Of a stretch of DNA of 64,000 bases, positions 18,953 to 28,907 are shown piece after piece. Origin of the DNA: an uncultured Actinomycetota bacterium (GTDB taxonomy: Bacteria > Actinomycetota > UBA4738 > HRBIN12); assembly GCA_963702405.1 (NCBI GenBank), contig CAVPCM010000008.1, forward strand, positions 132,849 to 196,848, read 5' to 3'. Position numbers and translations under genes: made by a program. The first letter of the stretch is position 1. Each line of letters starts with the position of its first letter. The notes below the pieces were generated by a model. The model was given only the letters and a program-made list of their open reading frames with translations. It searched no databases and had not been told where the DNA came from.

Positions 18953-19819
18953 GTGACCGCTCGCATCCTCGACGGCCGCGCCGTCGCCGCCCAGATCCGC
19001 TCCGAGGTATCCGAGCGAGTCAAGGCGCTCGCCGACCACGGCGTGACCCCGGGGCTCGCCGCGGTCCTCGTGGGCGACGATCAAGCCTCGCGCATCTACG
19101 TCGGCGCCAAGCACAAGGCCTGCGCGGACGTCGGCATCCACTCCGAGCAGGTCAACCTCCCCGGATACGTGACCGGCGGCGAGATGCTCGCCACGATCCG
19201 CCGCCTGAACCGCGACCCCGAGATCCACGGCATCATCGTCCAGCTGCCGTTGCCCGCCCACGTGAACGAGCTCGAGGTCCAGCGCACGATGGCGCCCGAG
19301 AAGGACGTGGACGGCCTCCACCCGTGGAACGTCGGCATGGTGGTCCGGGGAGAGGCGACGTTCCAGCCGGCCACCCCGTACGGGATCGTGGAGCTGCTGC
19401 TCCGGAGCGACATCCCGCTCGAGGGGGCCGAGGTCGTCGTCGTCGGGTACGGCGACCTGGTGGGCGCGCCGCTCTCGATCATGCTGGCGCAGGACTCCCT
19501 CCGCGGGAACGCCACCGTCACGATCACGCACGCGAAGACCGCGAACCTCTCCACCCACACACGCCGGGCGGACATCCTCGTAGCTGCCGCCGGCGTGCCG
19601 AAGCTCGTCACCGGCGACATGATCAAGCCCGGCGGCACCGTGATCGACGTCGGGGTGCACCGGACCGACGACGGCCTCGTCGGCGACGTGGACTTCGAGC
19701 AGGCGGTCGAGGTGGCGGGGGCCATCACCCCCGTCCCCGGCGGCGTCGGACCGATGACGGTCGCGATGCTCCTCGTGAACACCGTCACGGCCGCCGAGAC
19801 GCAGGCCTACGGAGGGTGA
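18953..19819 (+). CDS. folD: Bifunctional methylenetetrahydrofolate dehydrogenase / methenyl-THF cyclohydrolase
   Basis: YVGAKHKA, the PGGVGPMT C-terminal motif and VVGYGDLVGAP. The protein is 288 aa. Confidence 0.95.
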   Translation: MTARILDGRAVAAQIRSEVSERVKALADHGVTPGLAAVLVGDDQASRIYVGAKHKACADVGIHSEQVNLPGYVTGGEMLATIRRLNRDPEIHGIIVQLPLPAHVNELEVQRTMAPEKDVDGLHPWNVGMVVRGEATFQPATPYGIVELLLRSDIPLEGAEVVVVGYGDLVGAPLSIMLAQDSLRGNATVTITHAKTANLSTHTRRADILVAAAGVPKLVTGDMIKPGGTVIDVGVHRTDDGLVGDVDFEQAVEVAGAITPVPGGVGPMTVAMLLVNTVTAAETQAYGG

Positions 19820-20733
19820 GCTCGACCGGCGGCCGCCTCGCGGCCCTGCTCGACGCCGGCGAGTTCGTCCTGACCGGTGAGGTCGTCCCGCCCCGCTCCG
19901 GGAGCGGGGCCGCGGTGCGCGATGCCGCCCGTGGGCTGGTCGGCTACGTCGACGCCATCAACATCACGGACAATCCGATCGCCTCGCCGTACTTGTCGGC
20001 AGTGGCCGCCACCCGCTTCGCGCACGAGGCGGGCGCTGAACCGACGCTCCAGCTCGTCTGCCGCGATCGCAACCGGCTCGCGATCACGGCGGACCTTCTC
20101 GGGGCGTGGGCGCTCGGTGCTCGGAACCTCCTCGTCCTCGGGGGCGATCCGATGTCGGTCGGGGATCACCCCGACGCGAAGGCGGTCTTCGACCTGTCGC
20201 CGAACGAGGTGGTCTCGCTCGCGAGGACGATCCGCGATGAGGGAACGACGGGTGCCGGAGCGGTGATCGCGGATCCGCCCCGCTTCCTGATCGGCGTCGC
20301 CGACGTGCCGCTGGCTGAGCCGTATGACCCCACGAAGCTCGAGGCCAAGCTCGACGCCGGCGGCGACGTGGTCTGGACGCAGATCGTGTACGACACCGAT
20401 CGGCTCGGTGAATGGGCGGATCTGGTCCGCGCGCGCGGGGTCTTCGAACGCGCGCGCGTGCTCGTCGGGCTCGTCCCGCTCCGGAGCCTCAAGAACGCGC
20501 ACTTCATGGACGGGCTCTTCGGTGTCCACGTGCCGCCGGCGGCGTTCCAACTGCTGGAGTCCGCGGGGAGCGACGCGGAGCGCGCCGGCGTGGAGTTCAC
20601 CCTGTCCGTCGTGGAGAAGATCCGCGCGATCGACGGGATCGCCGGCATCCACCTGATGGGCGTCGGTCGCGACGACCTGGTCCGCACGATCGTCGAGGAC
20701 GCCGGTCTCTTCCCTCGCCCGACCGGGTCGTGA
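19816..20733 (+). CDS. metF: Methylenetetrahydrofolate reductase-family protein (MetF-like)
   Basis: The GTG start overlaps the folD stop (GTGA). The fold is a TIM barrel of the MTHFR family (LVLTGEVVPPR, DAINITDNPIAS, LQLVCRDRN, IVYDTD). Confidence 0.75.
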   Translation: MSSTGGRLAALLDAGEFVLTGEVVPPRSGSGAAVRDAARGLVGYVDAINITDNPIASPYLSAVAATRFAHEAGAEPTLQLVCRDRNRLAITADLLGAWALGARNLLVLGGDPMSVGDHPDAKAVFDLSPNEVVSLARTIRDEGTTGAGAVIADPPRFLIGVADVPLAEPYDPTKLEAKLDAGGDVVWTQIVYDTDRLGEWADLVRARGVFERARVLVGLVPLRSLKNAHFMDGLFGVHVPPAAFQLLESAGSDAERAGVEFTLSVVEKIRAIDGIAGIHLMGVGRDDLVRTIVEDAGLFPRPTGS

Positions 20734-20734
20734 C

Positions 20735-21871
20735 CTAGCCGCGTTGGTCCACGGGGGCCCAGGTTCGCTCCGGGGGGCCGATGTAGCGGGACCCGGGGCG
20801 GATGACCTTGTTGTCCGCGTACTGCTCGCGCACGTGGGCGGTCCAGCCCGCCATCCGGGCGGCGGCGAAGACGGGCGTCATCAGGTCGGTCGGGATGCCG
20901 AGCACGTGGAACACGGCGGCCGCGTAGAAGTCGACGTTCGGGTACAGCCCCTTCTGCTCGAACGTCGCCTCCTCGATCGCCTCGGCGATCTCGTGGAGCT
21001 GCGCCTTCCCGGCGCGATCGCACGCCTCCTGCGAGAGCCGCTTCAACACCGTCGCGCGAGGGTCGTACGTCTTGTAGACGGCGTGACCGAATCCGAAGAT
21101 CTTCTCGTGGCGCTCGAGACGGTCGCGCACGTACGCCTCGGCGTTCTCCGGCTTGCCCACCTCCTCGAAGCTCTTCATCGCCTCCTCGTTCGCGCCGCCG
21201 TGGAGCGGGCCCTTGAGCGTTCCGATCGCGGCCGTGATCGCGGAGAACATGTCGGCCAGCGTGGATGCCACGATCCTCGCCGTGAACGTGGACGCGTTCA
21301 TCGTGTGGTCCGCGTAGAGGACGAAGGTCGTATCGAGCACCCGTACGTCCTCCGGGTCGGGCTGCTCGCCGTGCAGCATCCAGAGGAAGTCGGCCGCGTG
21401 CCCGAGGGCGGGGTTCGGGGGCACGATCTCCATCCCGGTACGCAGCCGGTGGTAGGTCGTGAGCAGCGAAGCGGTCTTGGCGATCAGCCGGAGGGCCTTC
21501 CGGGCCTGCGCGTCCTCGGACTCGTCCCACCCGTCGGGGTCGAACGCCGACGCCGCCGAGACGGACGTGCGCAGCATCGACATCGGCGACGTCTGCTCGG
21601 CCAGGGTCCTCATCAACTGCACCTGGAAGGGATGGAGGTCCCGTTCCTCCGCCAGGAACGCGGAGAGCGCTTCGAGCTGCCGGGCCGTGGGGAGCTCCAG
21701 GTGGTGGAGCAGGTGGACGACTTCCTCGAACGAGGAGTGAGCGGCGAGATCCTCGATCTCGTACCCCACGTACGACAGGGTGCCCTTCGCGCCGTCGATG
21801 TCGGACAGGTGGGTATCAGCCGCGATGACCTCTCGGAGCCCCTTGTCGGCCACGATCCTCCCGTTCTCCAC
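20735..21871 (-). CDS. gltA: Citrate synthase
   Basis: GYEIEDL, the catalytic histidines in HTMNASTF and FGHAVYKTYDPRA, and MAGWTAH. The protein is 378 aa and is convergent with metF. Confidence 0.9.
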   Translation of the reverse strand: MENGRIVADKGLREVIAADTHLSDIDGAKGTLSYVGYEIEDLAAHSSFEEVVHLLHHLELPTARQLEALSAFLAEERDLHPFQVQLMRTLAEQTSPMSMLRTSVSAASAFDPDGWDESEDAQARKALRLIAKTASLLTTYHRLRTGMEIVPPNPALGHAADFLWMLHGEQPDPEDVRVLDTTFVLYADHTMNASTFTARIVASTLADMFSAITAAIGTLKGPLHGGANEEAMKSFEEVGKPENAEAYVRDRLERHEKIFGFGHAVYKTYDPRATVLKRLSQEACDRAGKAQLHEIAEAIEEATFEQKGLYPNVDFYAAAVFHVLGIPTDLMTPVFAAARMAGWTAHVREQYADNKVIRPGSRYIGPPERTWAPVDQRG

Positions 21872-21966
21872 CCGTGCTCCGGTGAGCGCCGGCTGGGTCC
21901 GATGCGAACTGCCAGGATAGTCGGACCCCGTTCCCCTGACCCGACGACGCTCGAGGGAGGCTCCCT

Positions 21967-23055
21967 GTGGTCCATCACATCACGATGATCCCGGGAGACG
22001 GGATCGGACCCGAGGTCACGGACGCGGGACGCCTCGTGGTGGAGGCGACCGGCGTCGAGGTGCGCTGGGACGTCCAGGACATCGGACTCCGCGCATGGGA
22101 GGCGTTCGGCGAGGCGGTGCCCGCCTCCGCGATCTCGTCGATCCGGGACAACGGCGTCGCGCTGAAAGGGCCGATCGAGACACCGGCTGACGGGGACGTC
22201 CGCAACGCCAACGTCGCCTTGCGTCAGGAGCTCGACCTCTTCGCCAACGTCCGGCCCTGCCGACGGTACCCCGGGGTCCCGTCCGTCTACGGGGACGTCG
22301 ACCTCGTGGTGGTGCGCGAGAACATCGAGGACACCTACACGGGGGTCGAGTTCGAGGTGGGGACCGCGGAGGTCGAGCGTCTGATCGCGTTCATCGAGGA
22401 GATGACCGACGTGCGGATCCGCCGGGACAGCGGCATCTCCGTGAAGGCGATCTCGCGGTCGGGCAGCGAGCGGATCGTGCGGTTCGCCTTCGAAGAAGCG
22501 GCACGGCGGGGTCTGGCCTCGGTCACCGCGGGCCACAAGGCCAACATCATGAAGTTCTCCGACGGGCTGTTCCTCGACGTGGCTCGCCGCGTCGCCTCCC
22601 AGTATCCCGACGTCGCCTTCGACGACCGGATCATCGACGCGCTCTGCATGCAGCTCGTCCGAACCCCGGAACGGTTCCAGGTCCTCGTCCTGCCCAACCT
22701 CTACGGCGACATCGTGTCGGAGCTCGGGGCCGGTCTGATCGGTGGACCGGGGATGGCGCCGGGCGGCCATCTGGGGGAGGGGATCGCGGTCTTCGAGGCC
22801 ACGCACGGGACCGCCCCAGACCTCGCGGGCCGGGACCGTGCGAACCCGGCGGGCGTGATCCTTTCGTCCTCGATGATGCTGCGGCACCTCGGGGAGCGGG
22901 AGGCCGGCGCCCGGATCGAGGAGGCGATCGCCGCCGTGCTCGCCGACGGCCGCGACGTGACGCCGGACCTCCGCGCCCCGGGCGATGAGCGGCCCGCCGT
23001 CGGTACCCGCCGGATGGCGGAGGCCGTCGTCGAGCGGCTCCGCGGTGCCCGATAG
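21967..23055 (+). CDS. Isocitrate/isopropylmalate dehydrogenase-family protein, IDH-like paralogue 1
   Basis: IPGDGIGPEV, the isocitrate-binding-type motif RNANVALRQ, NLYGDIVSE and GTAPDLAG. The protein is 362 aa. Confidence 0.8.
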   Translation: MVHHITMIPGDGIGPEVTDAGRLVVEATGVEVRWDVQDIGLRAWEAFGEAVPASAISSIRDNGVALKGPIETPADGDVRNANVALRQELDLFANVRPCRRYPGVPSVYGDVDLVVVRENIEDTYTGVEFEVGTAEVERLIAFIEEMTDVRIRRDSGISVKAISRSGSERIVRFAFEEAARRGLASVTAGHKANIMKFSDGLFLDVARRVASQYPDVAFDDRIIDALCMQLVRTPERFQVLVLPNLYGDIVSELGAGLIGGPGMAPGGHLGEGIAVFEATHGTAPDLAGRDRANPAGVILSSSMMLRHLGEREAGARIEEAIAAVLADGRDVTPDLRAPGDERPAVGTRRMAEAVVERLRGAR

Positions 23056-23058
23056 CAT
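23053..23058 (+). promoter_or_regulatory. -10-like box TAGCAT, 8 nt upstream of the ATG at 23067
   Basis: The third occurrence of GATAGCAT before a start codon. Confidence 0.3.
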
Positions 23059-23066
23059 GACGCCGC

Positions 23067-24017
23067 ATGCGAGTCCGAGGAGCTGAGGCACCGATGAAGG
23101 TCACCGTGGTCGGCAGCGGGTTCGTCGGTCAGACGACCGCGATGCGGATCCTGGAGAAGGATCTCGCGGAGGTCTGTCTGATCGACATCATCGAGGGCAA
23201 GCCGCAGGGGCTCGCCCTCGATCTGCGACAAGCGGCGCCGATCGAGGGCTACGAGCCCTCGATCGTGGGCACGAACGACTACGCGGACACGGCCGGCTCG
23301 GACATCGTCGTGATCACCGCCGGCTTCCCGCGGCAGCCGGGGATGAGCCGGATGGATCTCCTCGGGAAGAACGCCGCGATCATGCGGGACGTCGTGTCCC
23401 GGGTGGTACCCGGGTCGCCCGACGCGATCCTCATCGTCGTGTCGAACCCGCTCGACGAGATGACGTTCCTGGCGGCGGACGCCTCCGGCTTCCCCCGCGA
23501 ACGGGTCATGGGCATGGCCGGGGTGCTGGACTCGGCCCGGCTGCGCGCCTTCATCGCGGAGGAGCTGTCCGTCTCGCCGAGCGCGGTCGAGGCGATCACC
23601 CTCGGCTCGCACGGGGATTCGATGGTGGCGCTCCCACGTCACGCCACCGTGAACGGCACGCCCCTGCCGGAGCTGGTCGACGATGCCACCCTGGACGGTC
23701 TCTTCCAACGGACGCGCGACGGGGGAGCCGAGATCGTGGCCCTGCTGAAGTCGGGGTCGGCCTACTACGCGCCGAGCGCCTCGGTGGTCGCGATGGTCGA
23801 GGCGATCGCGCGTGACGCGAAGGACGTCCTTCCGGTGTGCGCCTGGACGACCGGCGAGTACGGCATCAGCGACGTGTACGTGGGCGTCCCCGCCCGCCTC
23901 GGCAGCAAGGGAGTCGAGGAGATCGTCGAGCTCGACCTGAACGAGGACGAGCTCGCGAGGCTCCGGGCCGCCGCCGAGGGCATCCGCGCGAAATGCGCGG
24001 ACCTCGCCTCGCTCTAG
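23067..24017 (+). CDS. mdh: Malate dehydrogenase (LDH-like MDH family)
   Basis: MKVTVVGSGFVGQT Rossmann motif, the substrate-loop arginine, and the catalytic His in GSHGDSMV. The ATG at 23094 (with a GAGGAGCTGAGG Shine-Dalgarno) is an alternative start. The leaderless ATG at 23067 follows a TAGCAT box. Confidence 0.9.
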   Translation: MRVRGAEAPMKVTVVGSGFVGQTTAMRILEKDLAEVCLIDIIEGKPQGLALDLRQAAPIEGYEPSIVGTNDYADTAGSDIVVITAGFPRQPGMSRMDLLGKNAAIMRDVVSRVVPGSPDAILIVVSNPLDEMTFLAADASGFPRERVMGMAGVLDSARLRAFIAEELSVSPSAVEAITLGSHGDSMVALPRHATVNGTPLPELVDDATLDGLFQRTRDGGAEIVALLKSGSAYYAPSASVVAMVEAIARDAKDVLPVCAWTTGEYGISDVYVGVPARLGSKGVEEIVELDLNEDELARLRAAAEGIRAKCADLASL

Positions 24018-24553
24018 GTCGGGTCTCCGGACGCCTCGCCGGGGGTGCGCAGGCTCGAGGACAAGGTCGCTCCGGCCCCGAGCACGACCAGCACCCCGGA
24101 GACGATCGGCAGCCACACGGTCGCGTCTGCCCGGACCGCCAGGTCGGGGTCGGTGCGCACCCGTCGGGTCGCCTCCTCGATCGTGCTGCCTGAGGATGCC
24201 GCGACGACCCGGGCGATCTCGTCGACGGCTCGGTCCTCCGCTCGGACCGCGACCCACACCGGAAGGGCCACGAGCACGAGGCCGCAGGCGAAGACGCCCA
24301 CGGCGATCCCGACGCGGGCGCTGCCGCCGAGCCGACGGAGGAGCACGACGCCGATCAGCGTGACGGCCGCGACCACCAGCGCCACGATGCCTTCGACGAG
24401 ATCGAGACCACGGAACTCGAGGTCAAGGATGCCTCGAACGTCCCGGCGCAGCCCCGTCGAGATCCACGTGGTGGTCGTCGCCACGGCGGCGAGCACCGCC
24501 CCGGCGATCGTCAGTGCGAAGCCAGCCGCCGTGGGCCACCGCTCGTCCCGCAC
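24014..24553 (-). CDS. Hypothetical membrane protein (3-4 TM)
   Basis: A 179-aa hydrophobic ORF with a GTG start. It is convergent with mdh and overlaps it by 4 nt. Confidence 0.5.
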   Translation of the reverse strand: MRDERWPTAAGFALTIAGAVLAAVATTTTWISTGLRRDVRGILDLEFRGLDLVEGIVALVVAAVTLIGVVLLRRLGGSARVGIAVGVFACGLVLVALPVWVAVRAEDRAVDEIARVVAASSGSTIEEATRRVRTDPDLAVRADATVWLPIVSGVLVVLGAGATLSSSLRTPGEASGDPT

Positions 24554-24556
24554 GGA

Positions 24557-24772
24557 ATGAGTCTCGCATCAGGCGACCCGTGGACCAAGGACTACCATGG
24601 CGCGATGGCCCCGTTCCTGCGTCCGCTGCGCGAGCACGTGGGCAACTTCTTCACCAACTGGTCCGCATCCGATCTCCCGGCGGCACGGAAGGTGGCGCTC
24701 ACCCTTCGGAACAGAGCGAGGTCCCTCGTGAACAAGGGGTGTTGCGGGCACCACGGCGAACCGGGCTGCTGA
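24557..24772 (+). CDS. Candidate small protein (71 aa) ending in CCGHHGEPGC
   Basis: An ORF with about 82% GC3 lying in an otherwise 260-bp gap between two minus-strand genes. Its ATG is 3 nt from the divergent GTG of the membrane protein. Support is weak. Confidence 0.25.
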   Translation: MSLASGDPWTKDYHGAMAPFLRPLREHVGNFFTNWSASDLPAARKVALTLRNRARSLVNKGCCGHHGEPGC

Positions 24773-24783
24773 CGCCTCACCCC

Positions 24784-24801
24784 GGACCCCGGTCGGGGTC
24801 C
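24784..24801. terminator. Perfect GC-rich palindrome GGACCCCG-GT-CGGGGTCC; candidate bidirectional intrinsic terminator
   Basis: An 8-bp inverted repeat with no T-tract, as is usual in high-GC actinobacteria. It lies 12 nt after the small ORF and 16 nt after the stop of the minus-strand IDH paralogue. Confidence 0.4.
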
Positions 24802-24816
24802 GTCGCACCGCCACGG

Positions 24817-25887
24817 CTAGGCGGAGAGCGCCCGCAGGATCGCGTCCGTGACCTGCGTCGTGGACGACGAGCCACCGAGGTCCGGCGTCCGCACCGTCCC
24901 GTCCGAGAGGACGGAGTCCACGGCCGCCTCCACGGCGGACGCGCCGGTCATCTCGCCGAGATGGCGGAGGAGCATCGCGCCCGACAGGATCATCGCGATC
25001 GGGTTCGCCACCCCGGTGCCGGCGATGTCCGGCGCGCTCCCGTGGACCGGTTCGAAGACCGCGTACTCCCAGCCGATGTTCGCCCCGGGGACCAACCCCA
25101 GGCCGCCGACCAGCCCCGCGCACAGGTCCGACAGGATGTCGCCGTAGAGGTTCGGAAGCAGGAGCACGTCGAAGCGAGCGGGATCGCGGACGAGGCGAGC
25201 GGTCAGGTGATCGATCTGCATGTCCTCGAACCCGACGTCGCCGCGGTCGATCTCCTCGTTCCGAGCGGTGGTCAGGAACAACCCGTCCGAGGTCGGCATG
25301 ATGCCGGCCTTGTGCCCCAGGGTGATCCGGGCCCGGCGGTTCGTCTTCGCGTACTCGAAGGCGAACCGCACGATGCGTCGCGTCCCTGCGACGGAGATCG
25401 GCTTCACCGTGACGCCGGCGTCGGGCTTGATCTCGACCCCGGCGAGACTTCGGAGCTCGATCCGGAGGGCGTCGGCCTGCGGAGAGCCGGCGGCGAACTC
25501 GACGCCCTGGTACAGATCCTCGGTGTTCTCCCGGACCACGACGAGATCCACCTTCTCGTGTCGCGTCGGGACGCCCGGCAACGACCGGGCGGGACGAACG
25601 GCCGCGAAGAGGTCCAGACCCTGGCGCAGCGCGACGTTGATGCTGCGGAACCCCGAGCCCACCGGCGTCGTGATCGGCCCCTTGATGGCGACGCGCGTGG
25701 TCCGGATCGCTTCGAGGGTCTCCTCCGGCAGGAGGTCCCCGTGCTCGGCGAGGGCGGCTGCCCCCGCCGTCCGCTCCACCCACTCGATACCGGGAACCGC
25801 CGCATCGAGCACCATCCGCGCGGCCGAGGATACTTCGGGTCCGATCCCATCGCCGGGGATCAGCGTGACGCGATGGCGTCTGGTCAT
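24817..25887 (-). CDS. Isocitrate/isopropylmalate dehydrogenase-family protein, IDH-like paralogue 2
   Basis: LIPGDGIGPEV, GFRSINVALRQ (isocitrate-type Ser-x-Asn), NLYGDILSD and GSAPDIAG. The protein is 356 aa. Confidence 0.8.
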   Translation of the reverse strand: MTRRHRVTLIPGDGIGPEVSSAARMVLDAAVPGIEWVERTAGAAALAEHGDLLPEETLEAIRTTRVAIKGPITTPVGSGFRSINVALRQGLDLFAAVRPARSLPGVPTRHEKVDLVVVRENTEDLYQGVEFAAGSPQADALRIELRSLAGVEIKPDAGVTVKPISVAGTRRIVRFAFEYAKTNRRARITLGHKAGIMPTSDGLFLTTARNEEIDRGDVGFEDMQIDHLTARLVRDPARFDVLLLPNLYGDILSDLCAGLVGGLGLVPGANIGWEYAVFEPVHGSAPDIAGTGVANPIAMILSGAMLLRHLGEMTGASAVEAAVDSVLSDGTVRTPDLGGSSSTTQVTDAILRALSA

Positions 25888-25960
25888 CGAGGCACCCTAC
25901 CGACCATCTCCTGTTGCCCGTCTCGGGGCCCGGGAACCGCCCTCGGTGAGCGAGACCGAG

Positions 25961-26728
25961 TCAGGGTCGGTCGAACAGGACGGCGCGCTTGACCTCTTGG
26001 ATGGCCTTCGTGACCTCGATGCCACGCGGGCACGCGTCGGTGCAGTTGAACGTCGTCCGGCAGCGGAACACGCCGGTCTTCTCGGACAGGATGCCGAGTC
26101 GCTCGCGCGGGGCGCGATCGCGTGAATCGAAGATGAACCGGTGCGCGTTCACGATCGCGGCCGGCCCGATGTAGGTCTCGTCGGACCAGAAGATCGGGCA
26201 GGAGGTGGTGCACGCCGCGCACAGGATGCACTTCGTCGTGTCGTCGTAGCGCTCCCGCTCTTCCGGCATCTGCACGCGTTCCCGCTCCGTCTCCTCGTCG
26301 TTCACGAGGTAGGGGAGCACCGCGCGATACCCGTCGAAGAAGGGCTCCATGTCCACGATCAGGTCCTTCAGGACGGCGAGGCCGCGGATGGGCTCGATGG
26401 TCACCTTCGGTGCGACGTCCTTGACCAGGACCTTGCAGGCGAGGGCGTTCCGCCCGTTGATCACCATCGCGTCGGAGCCGCAGATGCCGTGCGCGCACGA
26501 GCGCCGGAACGTGAGGGTCCCGTCGTGATGCCACTTCACCTGATGGAGGGCCTCGACGAGCCGTTCGTACGGGTCCACCTGGATCGTGAACTCGTCCCAC
26601 CACGGCTCCTCCGAGACCTGCGGGTTGAACCTGCGGATCCTGAGCGTGAGCGTCACGAGCGGGGTCGCCCCCACCCGACGCTCGTCCGATGAGTTCAGGA
26701 CCTCGGCCGGCGTGAGGGATGCCGCCAT
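25961..26728 (-). CDS. sdhB: Succinate dehydrogenase iron-sulfur subunit
   Basis: Cys clusters for 2Fe-2S (CAHGICGSDAM), 4Fe-4S (CILCAACTTSCP) and 3Fe-4S (CRTTFNCTDACP). The ATG overlaps the sdhA stop (TGATG). The track ORF extends upstream with an implausible Arg-rich leader. Confidence 0.9.
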   Translation of the reverse strand: MAASLTPAEVLNSSDERRVGATPLVTLTLRIRRFNPQVSEEPWWDEFTIQVDPYERLVEALHQVKWHHDGTLTFRRSCAHGICGSDAMVINGRNALACKVLVKDVAPKVTIEPIRGLAVLKDLIVDMEPFFDGYRAVLPYLVNDEETERERVQMPEERERYDDTTKCILCAACTTSCPIFWSDETYIGPAAIVNAHRFIFDSRDRAPRERLGILSEKTGVFRCRTTFNCTDACPRGIEVTKAIQEVKRAVLFDRP

Positions 26729-28467
26729 CAGTACTTCCGCTCCATGGGCACGTACGGGCCCATCTGCACCGGCTTCGAATCCAGACGGATCGAGCCGTCG
26801 TCGTTCCGATACGCGAGCGAGTGCTTCAGCCAGTTGGCGTCGTCGCGCAGCGGGTGATCCTCGCGGTAATGGGCACCGCGGCTCTCGTCTCGCGCCGCCG
26901 CGGCCGCGACGAGGGTCGCGGCGCAATCCAGGAGGAACCCCACCTCGACCGCTTCCATCAGATCCGTGTTGTAGACGGTCCCCTTGTCGGTGATCGCGAT
27001 CCGGTCGTACCGCTCGCGGAGCGAACCGACGATCTCGCCCATCTTGGCCAGGCTCTCCTCGGTACGGACCACGAACGCCAGGTCGAACATCGAGTCCTGG
27101 AGCTCCGCCCGGATGTCGGCCACGTTGTCGCCCGTCTGCCGCGTGAGGATGCCGTCCAAGAGGTCGAGGGTCTGCGTGGTGGCCTCAACAGGGAGTGCCG
27201 GGAGGTCGGTCGTCTCGCAATGCGTCGCCATGTCGTCCCCGCCCCGCCGGCCGAAGACGACGATGTCGAGCAGGGAGTTCGTTCCGAGCCGGTTTGCCCC
27301 GTGGACCGAGACGCAGGCGCATTCGCCGGCCGCGTACAGGCCCGGCACCGGGGTCTCCTCGGGCCCGGTGACCACGCGCGCGTGCACGTCGGTCGGGATG
27401 CCGCCCATCGCGTAGTGGGCGGTGGGTTGGATCGGGACGGGCTCCGTCGTGGGCTCGACCTGGAGGTACACCCGCGCGAACTCCGTGATGTCCGGGAGCT
27501 TCTCCTCGAGGACCCGTGGATCCAGGTGCGTCAGGTCGAGGAGGACGTAGTCGCCTCGCGGCCCGAGCCCCCGGCCCTCCTTGATCTCCTGGTAGATCGA
27601 ACGGGAGACGACGTCGCGGGGCGCGAGGTCCTTGATCGTCGGCGCGTACCGCTCCATGAACCGCTCGCCGTCGCGGTTGCGGATCACCGCGCCCTCGCCC
27701 CGGGCCCCCTCGGACAGCAGCACGCCGAGCCGGTATAGGCCCGTGGGATGGAACTGGAAGAACTCCATGTCCTCGAGGGGGATGCCGCGCCGGAACGCGA
27801 CCGAGAGACCGTCTCCGGTGAGGGCGTGGGCGTTCGACGAGACCCGGAACATCCGTCCGTATCCCCCGGTCGCGAAGAGGACGGACTTCGCCCGGAACAC
27901 ATGGAGCTCGCCGGTCGCGAGTTCGTACGCCACCACGCCGGCCGTACCCCCGTCGTCGGCGAGCAACAGGTCGAGGCAGTAGAACTCGTTGAAGAACCGC
28001 ACGTCGCGCTTCACGCACTGCTGGTAGAGCGTCTGCAGGATCATGTGCCCGGTGCGGTCCGCTGCGTAGCACGCACGCTTCACGGCGCGCTCGCCGTGGT
28101 TCGCGGTGTGTCCGCCGAAACGGCGCTGGTCGATCAGTCCCTCCGGGGTCCGGTTGAAGGGGAGGCCCCACCGCTCGAGCTCGTAGATAGCGTCGACGGC
28201 CTCCTCCGTGAGGATCTGTGCCGCTGGCTGATCGACGAGGTAGTCGCCTCCCTTCACGGTGTCGAACGCGTGCCACTCCGGGTAGTCCTCCTCGACGTTG
28301 CCCAGGGCGGCGCAGACGCCCCCCTGGGCCGCCCCCGTGTGCGATCGGGTGGGGTAGAGCTTGGAGATCACCGCCGTCTTGACCCGGCCGGAGGATTCGA
28401 TCGCGGCGCGAAGACCGGCCCCGCCGGCCCCCACGATCACGGCGTCGTACGTGTGCGTGATCGTCAC
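26728..28467 (-). CDS. sdhA: Succinate dehydrogenase flavoprotein subunit
   Basis: [19 protein letters not shown]-binding motif, the covalent-FAD His region ([10 protein letters not shown]), and HYAMGGI. The GTG start overlaps the sdhD stop. The protein is 579 aa. Confidence 0.9.
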   Translation of the reverse strand: MTITHTYDAVIVGAGGAGLRAAIESSGRVKTAVISKLYPTRSHTGAAQGGVCAALGNVEEDYPEWHAFDTVKGGDYLVDQPAAQILTEEAVDAIYELERWGLPFNRTPEGLIDQRRFGGHTANHGERAVKRACYAADRTGHMILQTLYQQCVKRDVRFFNEFYCLDLLLADDGGTAGVVAYELATGELHVFRAKSVLFATGGYGRMFRVSSNAHALTGDGLSVAFRRGIPLEDMEFFQFHPTGLYRLGVLLSEGARGEGAVIRNRDGERFMERYAPTIKDLAPRDVVSRSIYQEIKEGRGLGPRGDYVLLDLTHLDPRVLEEKLPDITEFARVYLQVEPTTEPVPIQPTAHYAMGGIPTDVHARVVTGPEETPVPGLYAAGECACVSVHGANRLGTNSLLDIVVFGRRGGDDMATHCETTDLPALPVEATTQTLDLLDGILTRQTGDNVADIRAELQDSMFDLAFVVRTEESLAKMGEIVGSLRERYDRIAITDKGTVYNTDLMEAVEVGFLLDCAATLVAAAAARDESRGAHYREDHPLRDDANWLKHSLAYRNDDGSIRLDSKPVQMGPYVPMERKY

Positions 28468-28904
28468 GACGCCGGCCACTTCGAGGGATCGAAGGTGACG
28501 ACGATGATCGTGCCGAGCGCCATCAGGGCCGCGCCGAGGATGACGAAGAACCCATTGATCGCCCGCCGGGCGCCCGCCGGGCGCGCGTAGTCGAGCAGGA
28601 TCATCCGGAGCCCGTTCACGCCGTGGAGCAGCGCGAGCACCAGCATCAGCCAGTCCCAGGTCTTCCAGAAGAGGCTGGCCCACCGGAGCTGGATGAAGGC
28701 GAAATCGACGCGGTCCACCCCCTCTTCGAAGACGTGCATGATCAGGACGTGTCCGACCGCGAGGAAAAGCAGGACCAGGCCGGAGATCCGCATGAAGAGC
28801 CAGGCCCAGAGCTCGAAGCCTCCGACCGGGCGGCCTCGCCCGGCGCCGACGGGCTTCCCCTGGGGGACCGGCGCTTCGGGACGAGCCTCGGCCGTCGTGG
28901 ACAC
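28464..28904 (-). CDS. sdhD: Succinate dehydrogenase hydrophobic membrane-anchor subunit
   Basis: A 3-TM small subunit carrying the haem-ligand His. It lies in the sdhCDAB order. Confidence 0.75.
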   Translation of the reverse strand: MSTTAEARPEAPVPQGKPVGAGRGRPVGGFELWAWLFMRISGLVLLFLAVGHVLIMHVFEEGVDRVDFAFIQLRWASLFWKTWDWLMLVLALLHGVNGLRMILLDYARPAGARRAINGFFVILGAALMALGTIIVVTFDPSKWPAS

Positions 28905-28907
28905 GCC

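Noticed and set aside
25888-25960. Hairpin CTCGGT-GAGCGAG-ACCGAG after sdhB
   Set aside because: A 6-bp stem with a 7-nt loop is marginal. It is noted only as a possible weak terminator for the sdh operon and was not promoted to a feature.
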